The position numbers were made by a program, and so were the translations under genes. Below the pieces are notes generated by a model. The model did not search any database. It worked only from the letters and a program-made list of their open reading frames with translations, and was not told the origin of the DNA. From the NCBI GenBank assembly GCA_963664225.1, contig OY760937.1, positions 4,960,001 through 5,024,000 on the forward strand: a stretch of DNA of 64,000 nucleotides, in the 5' to 3' direction. How positions within the stretch are numbered: position 1 is the stretch's first letter; every line of letters starts with the position of its first letter. Below, piece after piece: positions 1 to 8,749 of the stretch. The stretch is from Verrucomicrobiia bacterium. GTDB lineage: Bacteria; Verrucomicrobiota; Verrucomicrobiia; Limisphaerales; UBA1319.

Positions 1-1
1 A

Positions 2-3000
2 CTGCGGCTTGGACATCGGGTCAGTGGCGTGGTGATGGGGATTTACAATCCGCAGCGAAAAGAACGGCGCTGGATCAAGATCGACGCGGTGCCGGTATCG
101 CGGCAGGCCAGGACGGCACCCATGGAAGTTTACTCGGTGTTTGAGGATATTACGGAACGCAGGAAGGTGGAGCAGGCTCTTCGGGAAAGCGAACAGCGGG
201 TGCTATCGGTACTCCAATCGGCCTCGATTGGCACTTTCGAGGTCGATCTTCAAACCGGTGAAGAGCGATGGAACTCCATCGAATACGGTCTATTGGGTTT
301 GAACCCGGACAAGGTTGCTGCGAAGCCTGAAAGCCTCTTTCGCCACGTTCATCCCGACGATATTGATTCGCTCAAATCCAGATGGGCGAAAGCATTGAAT
401 ACCGGGGAGTTGGATGTGGAGTTTCGAATATTGCACGCTGACGGCCGGGAACGCTGGCTGGCGGGAAAGGGAAGATTCGTTGTCAACAACGAAGGAAAAC
501 CGACTCACTTTCTGGGAATCAATTTTGATATTACCGGGCGCCGGCAGGTTGAAGAATTTCTGCGACGCAGCGAAGCGCTCTACCGCTCGATAGGCGAGAG
601 CATGGATTTTGGCACGTGGACCAGCGATCCGAATGGACGGAATACATACGCCAGCAACAGTTTTCTAGCGCTCACTGGACTTTCGCAGGAGCAGTTGTCT
701 GAATTGGACTGGAGCGGTATCGTGGAGCCGGTGGATGCGGAACGCGCCAAAGCGCAATGGGAGGAATGTGTCCGGACTGGCGGTAATTGGGATTTCGAGT
801 ATCGGATTCACGGCGCTGACGATCAATGGCACTATATCCTCGCTCGTGGCACGCCGGTGAAGGACGAGCGGGGGCGCATTCTTTGCTGGGCGGGCATTAA
901 TCTCGATATCAGCCGGCTGATGCGTGCGGAGGAGGCATTGCGCCAGAGCGAGCAGCAATGGAAGGTCATGGCCAACGCCATGCCGCAACTTGCGTGGATC
1001 GCCCAGGCCGATGGTTACATGACCTGGTATAACCAGCGTTGGTACGATTACACAGGTACGACACCGGTGCAAATGGCAGGATGGGGTTGGGAGGGGGTGC
1101 ATCATCCCGCAGTGCTTCCGCAAGTGCTGGTTGAGTGGAAGAAATCGCTGGAAACCGGTCAATCCTTTGAGATGGAGTTTCCTCTGAAGGGTGCCGACGG
1201 CGTTTATCGTCCGTTTTTGACTCGGGCGTTCCCAATGAAGGATGACGCCGGGCATGTATTGCAGTGGCTGGGCACCAACACGGACATCACCGGACGAAAG
1301 CAGGCGGAAGGCAAACTGCGCGATTCCACGTTGCGATTGCAATCCGCCAACAACGCCCTAAAGGACTCCCGTCGCGCCGCGTTGAATCTGATGGATGACG
1401 CATTGCACGCGCGCCAGCAGGCCGAAAATCTCAACGTGGAACTGCGCCGCGAAGTTGACGAGCGCAAACGGACTGAAGAGAGACTGCACCGACTCAACCG
1501 CATACTAAACGCGTGCAGCCGCAGCGATCAGGCCATGATGCGCGTCCAGGCGGAATCGGAATACCTGGAGGAAGTCTGCCAGATCGTGGTGCAGGACTGC
1601 GGATATCCGATAGCCTGGATCGGTATTGCCGAGCAGGACGAGGCCAAAACCGTGCGGCCTGTGGCTTGGGCGGGCTTTGAGGACGGATATCTGGAAAAGT
1701 TGCGTATCACCTGGTCAGACTCGGAACGAGGGATGGGTCCAACCGGGACGGCGATTCGGACGGGAAAATTAAGTCTTTGCCGGAACATGCTCACCGATCC
1801 TCAATTCATGCCGTGGCGTGAGGAGGCCTACAAGCGCGGATATGCCGCCTCCATCGCCCTGCCATTAAGGGCCGAAGGTGTGGTGCTTGGCGCTCTTACG
1901 ATTTATTCGCGGGATCTGAATCCGTTTACAGAAGAGGATGTCGGATTGCTGGGTAAATTGGCCGAAGACCTGGCCTACGGCATCACCGCGCTCCGTTTGC
2001 GAGAGGCTCATCGAAAAGCCGAGCTGGCGCTCCGGGAAAGCGAGGCGCGCTACCGGAACCTATTCAGCTCAATGAGTGAGGGTTTTGTCCTGCACGAGCT
2101 AATCTGCGACGCCGAGGGCCGCCCTTGCGACTGTCGGATTCTGGAAGTCAATCCGGCGTATGAGCGCCTGACGGGCCTGCGCGGCGCCGATCTGATAGGC
2201 AGGACCATGCTTGAAGTCATGCCCGAGACCGAGCCGATGTGGATCGAACGCTTTGGCCGTGTGGCGCTGACAGGCGAACCGGATCACTTCGATGGGGAGA
2301 ATCGGGTTTTGGGACGGTGGTATGAAGTCTATGTCTCGCGGACTGAGACGGGGCGGTTTGCCGTGGTGTTTTTGAATGTGACCGAGCGCAAAAAGGCCGA
2401 GGAAGCGTTGCGACGAAGCAATGGACGGATCAATCTGCTGGCCGAGACGGCGAGCGAATTATTAAAAAGCGATTCGCCGCTTACCATTATAAATTCGCTA
2501 TGCCAGAGGGTGCTCGCCTTTTTGGACTGCCAGGCATTTTTCAACTTCCTCGTCGATGAAAATAAAGGCCGACTGCACTTGAACGCGTGCGGCGGCATTT
2601 CCGAGGAGGATGCGCGCAAAATCGAATGGCTTGATTACGGCATGGCCGTATGCGGATGCGTGGCTCGCGACGGCTGCCGCATCGTGGTGGAGGATATTGC
2701 GGCTTCGCAGGATCCACGCGTGGACCTGGTGAAAGGTTTTGGGATGGCGGCTTACGCCTGCCATCCACTGATGGTTGGCAAGCGATTGCTGGGGACACTC
2801 TCCTTTGGCACGCGGACGCGCGCCCATTTCGAGGAGGAGGAATTGTCCCTGATGATGGCGGTGACTGACCAGGTGGCCATTGCGATAGAAAGCCAGCGGG
2901 CCGAGGAGGCGCTGAGACTTGCAGCGGAAGATCTGGCGCGTTCGAACCGGGACCTGGAGCAGTTCGCCTACGTGGCCTCGCACGATTTGCAGGAACCACT

Positions 3001-3619
3001 CCGGGCCGTGTCCGGTTACACTCAACTGCTCCAGAATCGCTACCCGGACCAACTGGACGAAAAGGGGCGGCAATATATTGCCGGGGCGGCGGATGGCGCC
3101 ATCCGGATGCAAACGCTCATCCACGATCTGTTGGCATTTTCTCGGGTGAGCACTCAGGGCAAGTCCTTTGAACCGACAGATCTCAATGTGGTCCTAACAA
3201 AGGCGCTTGAGAATCTTGCGGTGACCCTGCGAGAGGCCTCCCCGAAAGTTACTTCCGGCCTGTTGCCCACAGTCCGGGTGGATCCAACACAGATCGCTCA
3301 GTTGTTCCAGAACCTGATCGGCAATGCGATCAAGTTCAGGAACAATCGACCGTTGGAAATCGATATCAGCGCGCGCCGGGAGACGGCTCAATGGGTTCTG
3401 TCCGTGCGCGATAATGGGATTGGCATCGAGCCACAGTATTTTGAGCGCATTTTCCAGATTTTCCAGCGCTTGCACACCCGATTGGCCTACCCTGGCACAG
3501 GGATTGGCCTGGCGGTCTGCAAAAGGATTGTGGAACGCCACGGAGGCAAAATCTGGGTGGAGTCGCAGCCTGGCGCGGGATCCACTTTCCACTTTACGAT
3601 CAGCGACAATCCATCATGA
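2..3619 (+). CDS. Multi-PAS/GAF sensor histidine kinase (Cph1/Rcp1-partner type), 5'-truncated by the window edge
   Basis: Frame is open back to position 2. Several PAS/PAC repeats and two GAF domains. H-box DLEQFAYVASHDLQEPLR; HATPase motifs NLIGNAIKF, DNGIGI, GTGIGLA. Confidence 0.93.
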   Translation: MRLGHRVSGVVMGIYNPQRKERRWIKIDAVPVSRQARTAPMEVYSVFEDITERRKVEQALRESEQRVLSVLQSASIGTFEVDLQTGEERWNSIEYGLLGLNPDKVAAKPESLFRHVHPDDIDSLKSRWAKALNTGELDVEFRILHADGRERWLAGKGRFVVNNEGKPTHFLGINFDITGRRQVEEFLRRSEALYRSIGESMDFGTWTSDPNGRNTYASNSFLALTGLSQEQLSELDWSGIVEPVDAERAKAQWEECVRTGGNWDFEYRIHGADDQWHYILARGTPVKDERGRILCWAGINLDISRLMRAEEALRQSEQQWKVMANAMPQLAWIAQADGYMTWYNQRWYDYTGTTPVQMAGWGWEGVHHPAVLPQVLVEWKKSLETGQSFEMEFPLKGADGVYRPFLTRAFPMKDDAGHVLQWLGTNTDITGRKQAEGKLRDSTLRLQSANNALKDSRRAALNLMDDALHARQQAENLNVELRREVDERKRTEERLHRLNRILNACSRSDQAMMRVQAESEYLEEVCQIVVQDCGYPIAWIGIAEQDEAKTVRPVAWAGFEDGYLEKLRITWSDSERGMGPTGTAIRTGKLSLCRNMLTDPQFMPWREEAYKRGYAASIALPLRAEGVVLGALTIYSRDLNPFTEEDVGLLGKLAEDLAYGITALRLREAHRKAELALRESEARYRNLFSSMSEGFVLHELICDAEGRPCDCRILEVNPAYERLTGLRGADLIGRTMLEVMPETEPMWIERFGRVALTGEPDHFDGENRVLGRWYEVYVSRTETGRFAVVFLNVTERKKAEEALRRSNGRINLLAETASELLKSDSPLTIINSLCQRVLAFLDCQAFFNFLVDENKGRLHLNACGGISEEDARKIEWLDYGMAVCGCVARDGCRIVVEDIAASQDPRVDLVKGFGMAAYACHPLMVGKRLLGTLSFGTRTRAHFEEEELSLMMAVTDQVAIAIESQRAEEALRLAAEDLARSNRDLEQFAYVASHDLQEPLRAVSGYTQLLQNRYPDQLDEKGRQYIAGAADGAIRMQTLIHDLLAFSRVSTQGKSFEPTDLNVVLTKALENLAVTLREASPKVTSGLLPTVRVDPTQIAQLFQNLIGNAIKFRNNRPLEIDISARRETAQWVLSVRDNGIGIEPQYFERIFQIFQRLHTRLAYPGTGIGLAVCKRIVERHGGKIWVESQPGAGSTFHFTISDNPS

Positions 3620-3746
3620 TAAACATTTTAAGCATGAGCCACAGCAATATTAGGAGTCGGGCAATGGGGCAGGTTGCAGGAAGCAGCCGGTTGTCAGGCT
3701 TGCGCTTCCGATGCGTGTCTGGCCGAACGAATATCCACGCCTGGAA

Positions 3747-4199
3747 ATGATGACGACAATGAATCCTGACAAACCGATAGAAATTCTACTGGTGGATGAC
3801 AGCCCCAGCGATACGGATTTGACTGTCGAAGCCTTGCAGGAAGGCAAAATCCGCAACCATCTCAGCACGGTGGAGGACGGTGTCCGTGCGATGCAATTTC
3901 TCCGGCGCGAGGGGGAATACGCGCAGGCGCCCCGACCGGATTTGATTCTGCTGGACTTGAATCTGCCGCGCAAGGACGGGCGCGAAGTCCTGGCGGAAAT
4001 CAAGGCGGATCCGGATCTGAAGACCATACCGGTGGTGATAATGACCACTTCGCAGGCCGAAAAGGATGTGGACCAGGCCTATCAATTGAATGCGAATTGT
4101 TATGTCACCAAACCGCTGGACTTTTTGCAATTTGTGGCCCTGGTCAGAAGCATCGAGAATTTCTGGCTCACCATCGTCACGCTGCCACGGAGGGATTAG
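3747..4199 (+). CDS. Single-domain response regulator, Rcp1-like
   Basis: EILLVDD...[15 protein letters not shown]...ANCYVTKP...IENFWL. Start is uncertain (3711/3747/3759). Confidence 0.92.
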   Translation: MMTTMNPDKPIEILLVDDSPSDTDLTVEALQEGKIRNHLSTVEDGVRAMQFLRREGEYAQAPRPDLILLDLNLPRKDGREVLAEIKADPDLKTIPVVIMTTSQAEKDVDQAYQLNANCYVTKPLDFLQFVALVRSIENFWLTIVTLPRRD

Positions 4200-4327
4200 G
4201 TGGATGAGCGAGGTTAAACGGATCATTCGAGTGTGGACGATTTCATGATTCCGGATTGATCGTCCGAGTCGAGAGTCGGAGTCCCGGTTACGGCTTATAA
4301 CCTGGTTCCAGAAATGGCAAAATAAGA

Positions 4328-6286
4328 ATGTCGGAATTTGAAAGCAAGAAACGGGCGGGTATGGTATATTTGCCTTATGATGGCCAACCCGTCATGAAAG
4401 CCGCGCCAATCAGAGTGCTGTTGGTGGAAGACAGCCCTTCAGACGCCCAATTGCTGCAGGACCACCTTGAGTCCACGGCGGAAAATCATTTTGGTTTCAC
4501 TCATTGCGAGAACTTGCGGGAAGCTTTGGAGCATCTGAACAAGGGGTTGTTCGATGTGTTGCTTCTGGATCTCTCCCTCCCTGATAGCTCCGGCAGAGAA
4601 ACGTTCCTTCAGGCGCGCGCGGCCGCTCCAATGGTTCCCATTATACTACTGACCGGTTTGGATGATGAGGCGCTCGGCATCGAGGCCGTTCGACACGACA
4701 TTCAGGACTATATCGTCAAGGGGCAGGCGGATGGCCGTCAAATCGCCCGGTCTATTCGTTATGCCATCGAAAGGAAGCGGGCGCAGGAGCAGTTGCGTCT
4801 GCAAGCGGCGGCATTGCAGTCCGCGGCCAATGCCATCCTGATTACAAACTATGAAGGAATCATCATGTGGGTGAATGCCGCCTTCACTCGTTTGACCGGC
4901 TATAATGTTCAGGAAATTGTGGGGCAGAATCCGCGCCTGCTCAAGTCCGGACTGCAGGATGCGGCGTTTTATCAAGGGCTCTGGGGTCCGATCCAGGCAG
5001 GTCAACCTTGGCATGGGGAATTGATCAACAAACGCAAGGATGGCACGCTGTATATCGACGAAACGACGATCACCCCATTGACCGATCCCCGCGGGAAGAT
5101 CACCCACTTTATCGCCGTCAAACAGGATGTAACCGACCGAAAACAGGCGGAAAACAGTCTTAGATTTCAGGCCCGGATGCTGGACACTGTGGGGCAGGCA
5201 GTTATTGCCACGGATCTGGATCGGCGTATTACTTATTGGAATGAGGCCGCCGCGCAACTTTTTGGCTGGTCCAAGGAAGAGGTGCTGGGAAAAGTGCTGG
5301 CGGAAGTGTTGCCTCCGCAGGCGAGCTGCGAGACGCTCAGTGAAATCACCGCCGCGTTAACCAGCGGTAATGGCTGGTCGGGGGAGTTCGCAGTCCGCAA
5401 TCGGGAAGGCGGGCTTGTGGAACTGCACACGACCAATACCCCGATGTGCGATGAGAAGGGCACTCTCATTGGTTACATAAGTATTGGATTGGATCTGACG
5501 GAGCGCAAACGGATGGAGGATGCCCTGCGCCGGGCGCATGACGAGTTGGAGGAAAGGGTCCGGGAGCGAACTTCCGAACTGGTGACGGCCAACGCCGCCC
5601 TGCAAAGAGAAATTGCCCAGCGTCATTCTCTCGAGGCGCAGCTTGTTGAGATTGCTGAAGCCGAGCAGCGCCGGATAGGCCGGGATCTGCACGACGGCCT
5701 GTGCCAGCAACTGGCTGGAATTGCCTACTTGTGCAGTGTCACCCAGGAGCGCCTGGCCCGGAATGCTCCCGCTGAAGCCGGGGCGATGGCTCAAATCACC
5801 CGGCTCATTCAGGAGTCGAATTCTCAGGCCCACGGTCTGACGCTCGGTCTCAATCCAGTCAACCTTGCTGCAGATGGATTGATGGTGGCGCTGCAGAACC
5901 TTGTGGCAAACCTCCACAAGCTTTATGCCATCCCCACGCACTTTGATTGCAGCGAGCCGGTCCTCCTTCGCGACCACACAGCGGCCACCCATCTTTACCG
6001 AATCGCGCAGGAAGCCCTGAGCAACGCCGCCAAGCATGCCAGGGCCACGCAAATTATCCTGCGGCTGACCTCCACGGCAGAACTGCTCTCTTTGGTGGTC
6101 AAAGACAACGGCGTGGGTATTATTTCTGCGCACACGCGCGGAACCGGCATGGGTTTGGAAACCATGCGGTTTCGGGCCCGTTCCATCGGGGCTACTTTGA
6201 GTATTGAGAACAATGCCAGACAAGGGACGGTGGTGAATTGCACGCTGCCCTTGAAAACCCTTTCTCGCAGCCAAACCAACGCATGA
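4328..6286 (+). CDS. Hybrid REC-PAS-PAS sensor histidine kinase (HisKA_3/NarX type)
   Basis: N-terminal receiver (VLLVED, LLDLSLPD), two PAS domains, EQRRIGRDLHDGLCQ H-box, RIAQEALSNAAKHA. Start may be 4394. Confidence 0.92.
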   Translation: MSEFESKKRAGMVYLPYDGQPVMKAAPIRVLLVEDSPSDAQLLQDHLESTAENHFGFTHCENLREALEHLNKGLFDVLLLDLSLPDSSGRETFLQARAAAPMVPIILLTGLDDEALGIEAVRHDIQDYIVKGQADGRQIARSIRYAIERKRAQEQLRLQAAALQSAANAILITNYEGIIMWVNAAFTRLTGYNVQEIVGQNPRLLKSGLQDAAFYQGLWGPIQAGQPWHGELINKRKDGTLYIDETTITPLTDPRGKITHFIAVKQDVTDRKQAENSLRFQARMLDTVGQAVIATDLDRRITYWNEAAAQLFGWSKEEVLGKVLAEVLPPQASCETLSEITAALTSGNGWSGEFAVRNREGGLVELHTTNTPMCDEKGTLIGYISIGLDLTERKRMEDALRRAHDELEERVRERTSELVTANAALQREIAQRHSLEAQLVEIAEAEQRRIGRDLHDGLCQQLAGIAYLCSVTQERLARNAPAEAGAMAQITRLIQESNSQAHGLTLGLNPVNLAADGLMVALQNLVANLHKLYAIPTHFDCSEPVLLRDHTAATHLYRIAQEALSNAAKHARATQIILRLTSTAELLSLVVKDNGVGIISAHTRGTGMGLETMRFRARSIGATLSIENNARQGTVVNCTLPLKTLSRSQTNA

Positions 6287-6996
6287 ACAGCTCGCTTTCA
6301 ACCTCTGCGGAGCACGGAACCGCTTCACATTCAGCAGCCCGCAAGGCCCGTCTTTTGCTTGTGGACGATCATCCCATCTTCCTGCAGGGCGTGACCGCAG
6401 TGCTCGAACCGCAACCTGATTTGAGTGTGTGCGGTCATGCGACCAACACCCGGGACGCCTTGCGCTCCGTTGAGAGCTTAAAACCGGACCTGATGCTGCT
6501 CGATGTGTCCCTGGATGGCTCGCACGGCATTGACTTGCTCAAGGATCTCAAAGTCTATCATCCCGACCTGCCGGTGATTGTGCTTTCAATGCACGATGAA
6601 ACCCTTTACGCGGAGAGTGCTTTGAGGGCCGGCGCCAAAGGTTATGTCATGAAAAGGCAACCCTCCCAGCATCTTCTGGAGGCGATTCGGAAGGTTTTGC
6701 GGGGCGGCATGGCCTTCAGCGAGGAGATTACCGCCCGGATGTTGAACGGTGCTTCCGGCAGAGCCGATGGACGAAATCCGCTCCCTACGGATCGATTGAG
6801 CGATCGCGAACGGCAGATATTGGAATTGATCGGGCAGGGCCTGTCCACACGTAAGATCTCGGAAGCCCTGCATATCAGCATCAAGACGGTGCAAGCCCAT
6901 CGCGAGAACCTGAAGGTCAAACTGGAAATGCTGGATGGTCTTGCGTTGAATCGTTTCGCGGTGCATTGGGTGGAGACCGACCGCCGTTCAATTTAG
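6283..6996 (+). CDS. NarL/LuxR-family DNA-binding response regulator
   Basis: LLVDDHP receiver and LSDRERQIL...ISIKTVQAHR HTH. ATGA overlap with the upstream kinase stop. Confidence 0.93.
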   Translation: MNSSLSTSAEHGTASHSAARKARLLLVDDHPIFLQGVTAVLEPQPDLSVCGHATNTRDALRSVESLKPDLMLLDVSLDGSHGIDLLKDLKVYHPDLPVIVLSMHDETLYAESALRAGAKGYVMKRQPSQHLLEAIRKVLRGGMAFSEEITARMLNGASGRADGRNPLPTDRLSDRERQILELIGQGLSTRKISEALHISIKTVQAHRENLKVKLEMLDGLALNRFAVHWVETDRRSI

Positions 6997-7265
6997 AACA
7001 CGGTTCGTCGTGTTTGCGCCGCAGAGAACGAGGGGGATTCATTGAATACTCGAGGGGTATCTTTATCTCATACGTCCTGGGTCGGAAAATGCGATCGATT
7101 GACTGTCAGAAAAAATTAGTTTTCTAAAATTTGACGGAATCAGGAGCAAGAAGAACATTGTGCTGGCTGGCGAGTGAAGTAATCAAGGAACGGCAATCCG
7201 CCCGGGCGGGCGGAGGTTCTAAACGAAAAGGCGCGTTCGTGATGTGATTGCAGGGCCAGTTAATA

Positions 7266-8429
7266 ATGTCGAATGTCATGGATCAACACCGGTGCATGTC
7301 CTTTGGGGTGTGCCGAATTCGTGAAACAATACTTGGATATTTATTCGTCCACACACTGGATGCAGTGTTGATTTGCACGGTGGAAGGCACGATTGTGGAT
7401 GCCAATCCTTCGGCCTGCGCGATGCTGGGGTGCGAACGGGACAAGATTCTCCGGATGCAGCCATGGGAAATCATTGCGGAAGCACCGAGAAATGAACTGC
7501 TGAGTCAGTGGCGGCAGCTCGATTACGGAGTGTCGGCTGAAAAAGAGCGGATTTATAGACGTAAGTCCGGGAATTTTGCGGTGGCCGAAAGGGTGATCAG
7601 GCTGTCTCCGCCGCAGCAGGAATTGATCCTCCTCTTTTGCAAAGAAAAACCGCCAGGCAAGGGGAATGGGATCAATCTGGTAAACTCAGCGCGCAATGAT
7701 TGCGGTGGACAGGAAGTCACCCTTCCATCCCGTTCCCCGGCGTTTGAAGTCATTCCAACAGATCCAAGATTGGGCAATCCGCAAGTCTCTCGCCACGAGG
7801 CGGCATCGGCAGCCAAAATACGCATTCTAATATCAGATCAACAAGCCCTTGTTCGTGAGGGTTTGGCGTCCATGATTGCGGGACAGGAGGACATGGTTGT
7901 TGTGGCAGAGGCCAGGAACGGTGATGAAACCGTGGAGTTGTGGAAACGTCATGCCCCTGACGTGACCCTGGTTGATTTGCACCTGCCGCAGTTGGACGGA
8001 ATGGGAGTGATCAAGGAAATTCACGCATATAATGCCTCCGCGCGAATCATTGTCCTGACGGCATTCGATGGTGCGGGCACGATTTATCGGACAATTCGAG
8101 CCGGCGCCAAGGCCTATATTCTCAAAGACACCTGCCGTGAAGAACTCATGTCCTGCATTCGTAACGTGCATAAGGGGGAAACCTTTGTTCCCCAAGCCAT
8201 CGCGGCCAAGTTGGCGGAGTACATGACCGCCGAGGAATTGACCAATAGAGAGGCTGAGGTGTTGTGTTCGATCGCTGCTGGCACGAGCAACAAGGAGATT
8301 GCGAGGAAGCTTTACATCAGCCAGACCACGGTCAAGACTCATGTGAGAAATATCTTCGGAAAGCTCCATGTGAAGAGCCGCACCGAAGCAGCCGCAGTGG
8401 CCACCCGCAGTGGCCTCCTCCAATCCTGA
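7266..8429 (+). CDS. PAS-domain-fused NarL/LuxR-family response regulator
   Basis: N-terminal PAS-like segment (DAVLICTVEGTIVDANPSACAMLG), receiver (VTLVDLHLP), LuxR HTH (LTNREAEVL...SQTTVKTHVRNIFGKL). Start uncertain. Confidence 0.85.
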   Translation: MSNVMDQHRCMSFGVCRIRETILGYLFVHTLDAVLICTVEGTIVDANPSACAMLGCERDKILRMQPWEIIAEAPRNELLSQWRQLDYGVSAEKERIYRRKSGNFAVAERVIRLSPPQQELILLFCKEKPPGKGNGINLVNSARNDCGGQEVTLPSRSPAFEVIPTDPRLGNPQVSRHEAASAAKIRILISDQQALVREGLASMIAGQEDMVVVAEARNGDETVELWKRHAPDVTLVDLHLPQLDGMGVIKEIHAYNASARIIVLTAFDGAGTIYRTIRAGAKAYILKDTCREELMSCIRNVHKGETFVPQAIAAKLAEYMTAEELTNREAEVLCSIAAGTSNKEIARKLYISQTTVKTHVRNIFGKLHVKSRTEAAAVATRSGLLQS

Positions 8430-8461
8430 TTCCTCGCGCTGACCGCATGGTATCCATTTTC

Positions 8462-8477
8462 TCATCCAAAAGGATGA
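8462..8477. promoter_or_regulatory. Perfect 6-4-6 palindrome TCATCC-AAAA-GGATGA, candidate regulator box
   Basis: Lies about 50 bp upstream of a sigma70-like promoter (TTGATT 8527, 16 bp, TATTAT 8549) that precedes the 8750 gene. Confidence 0.5.
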
Positions 8478-8749
8478 CATTAGAGAGCCTCTTATGGAGT
8501 AAATTAATAAAAATACTCGCAAGATATTGATTTATTGTTTTTTTGGGCTATTATGTGGTCTGATAGCGCATATTAACAATACTCAATGGTCGATAATTCG
8601 ATATGCGAGCCTCATTTGATTGGGATCAGTCCATCCCGGGGGTTGGCGCCCATGGAATGCGCAGGGTTTCCCGTTGGGGAATCAAGTCATGCCAGCGTGG
8701 CGTAAGGCCTGTGGACCTTAAATAAATAAAACTGGTTCAGATACTCTGT

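Noticed and set aside
3665..3700. SRP RNA (AGGAAGCAGCC motif)
   Set aside because: The helix-8 GNRA hairpin and the long enclosing stem could not be formed.
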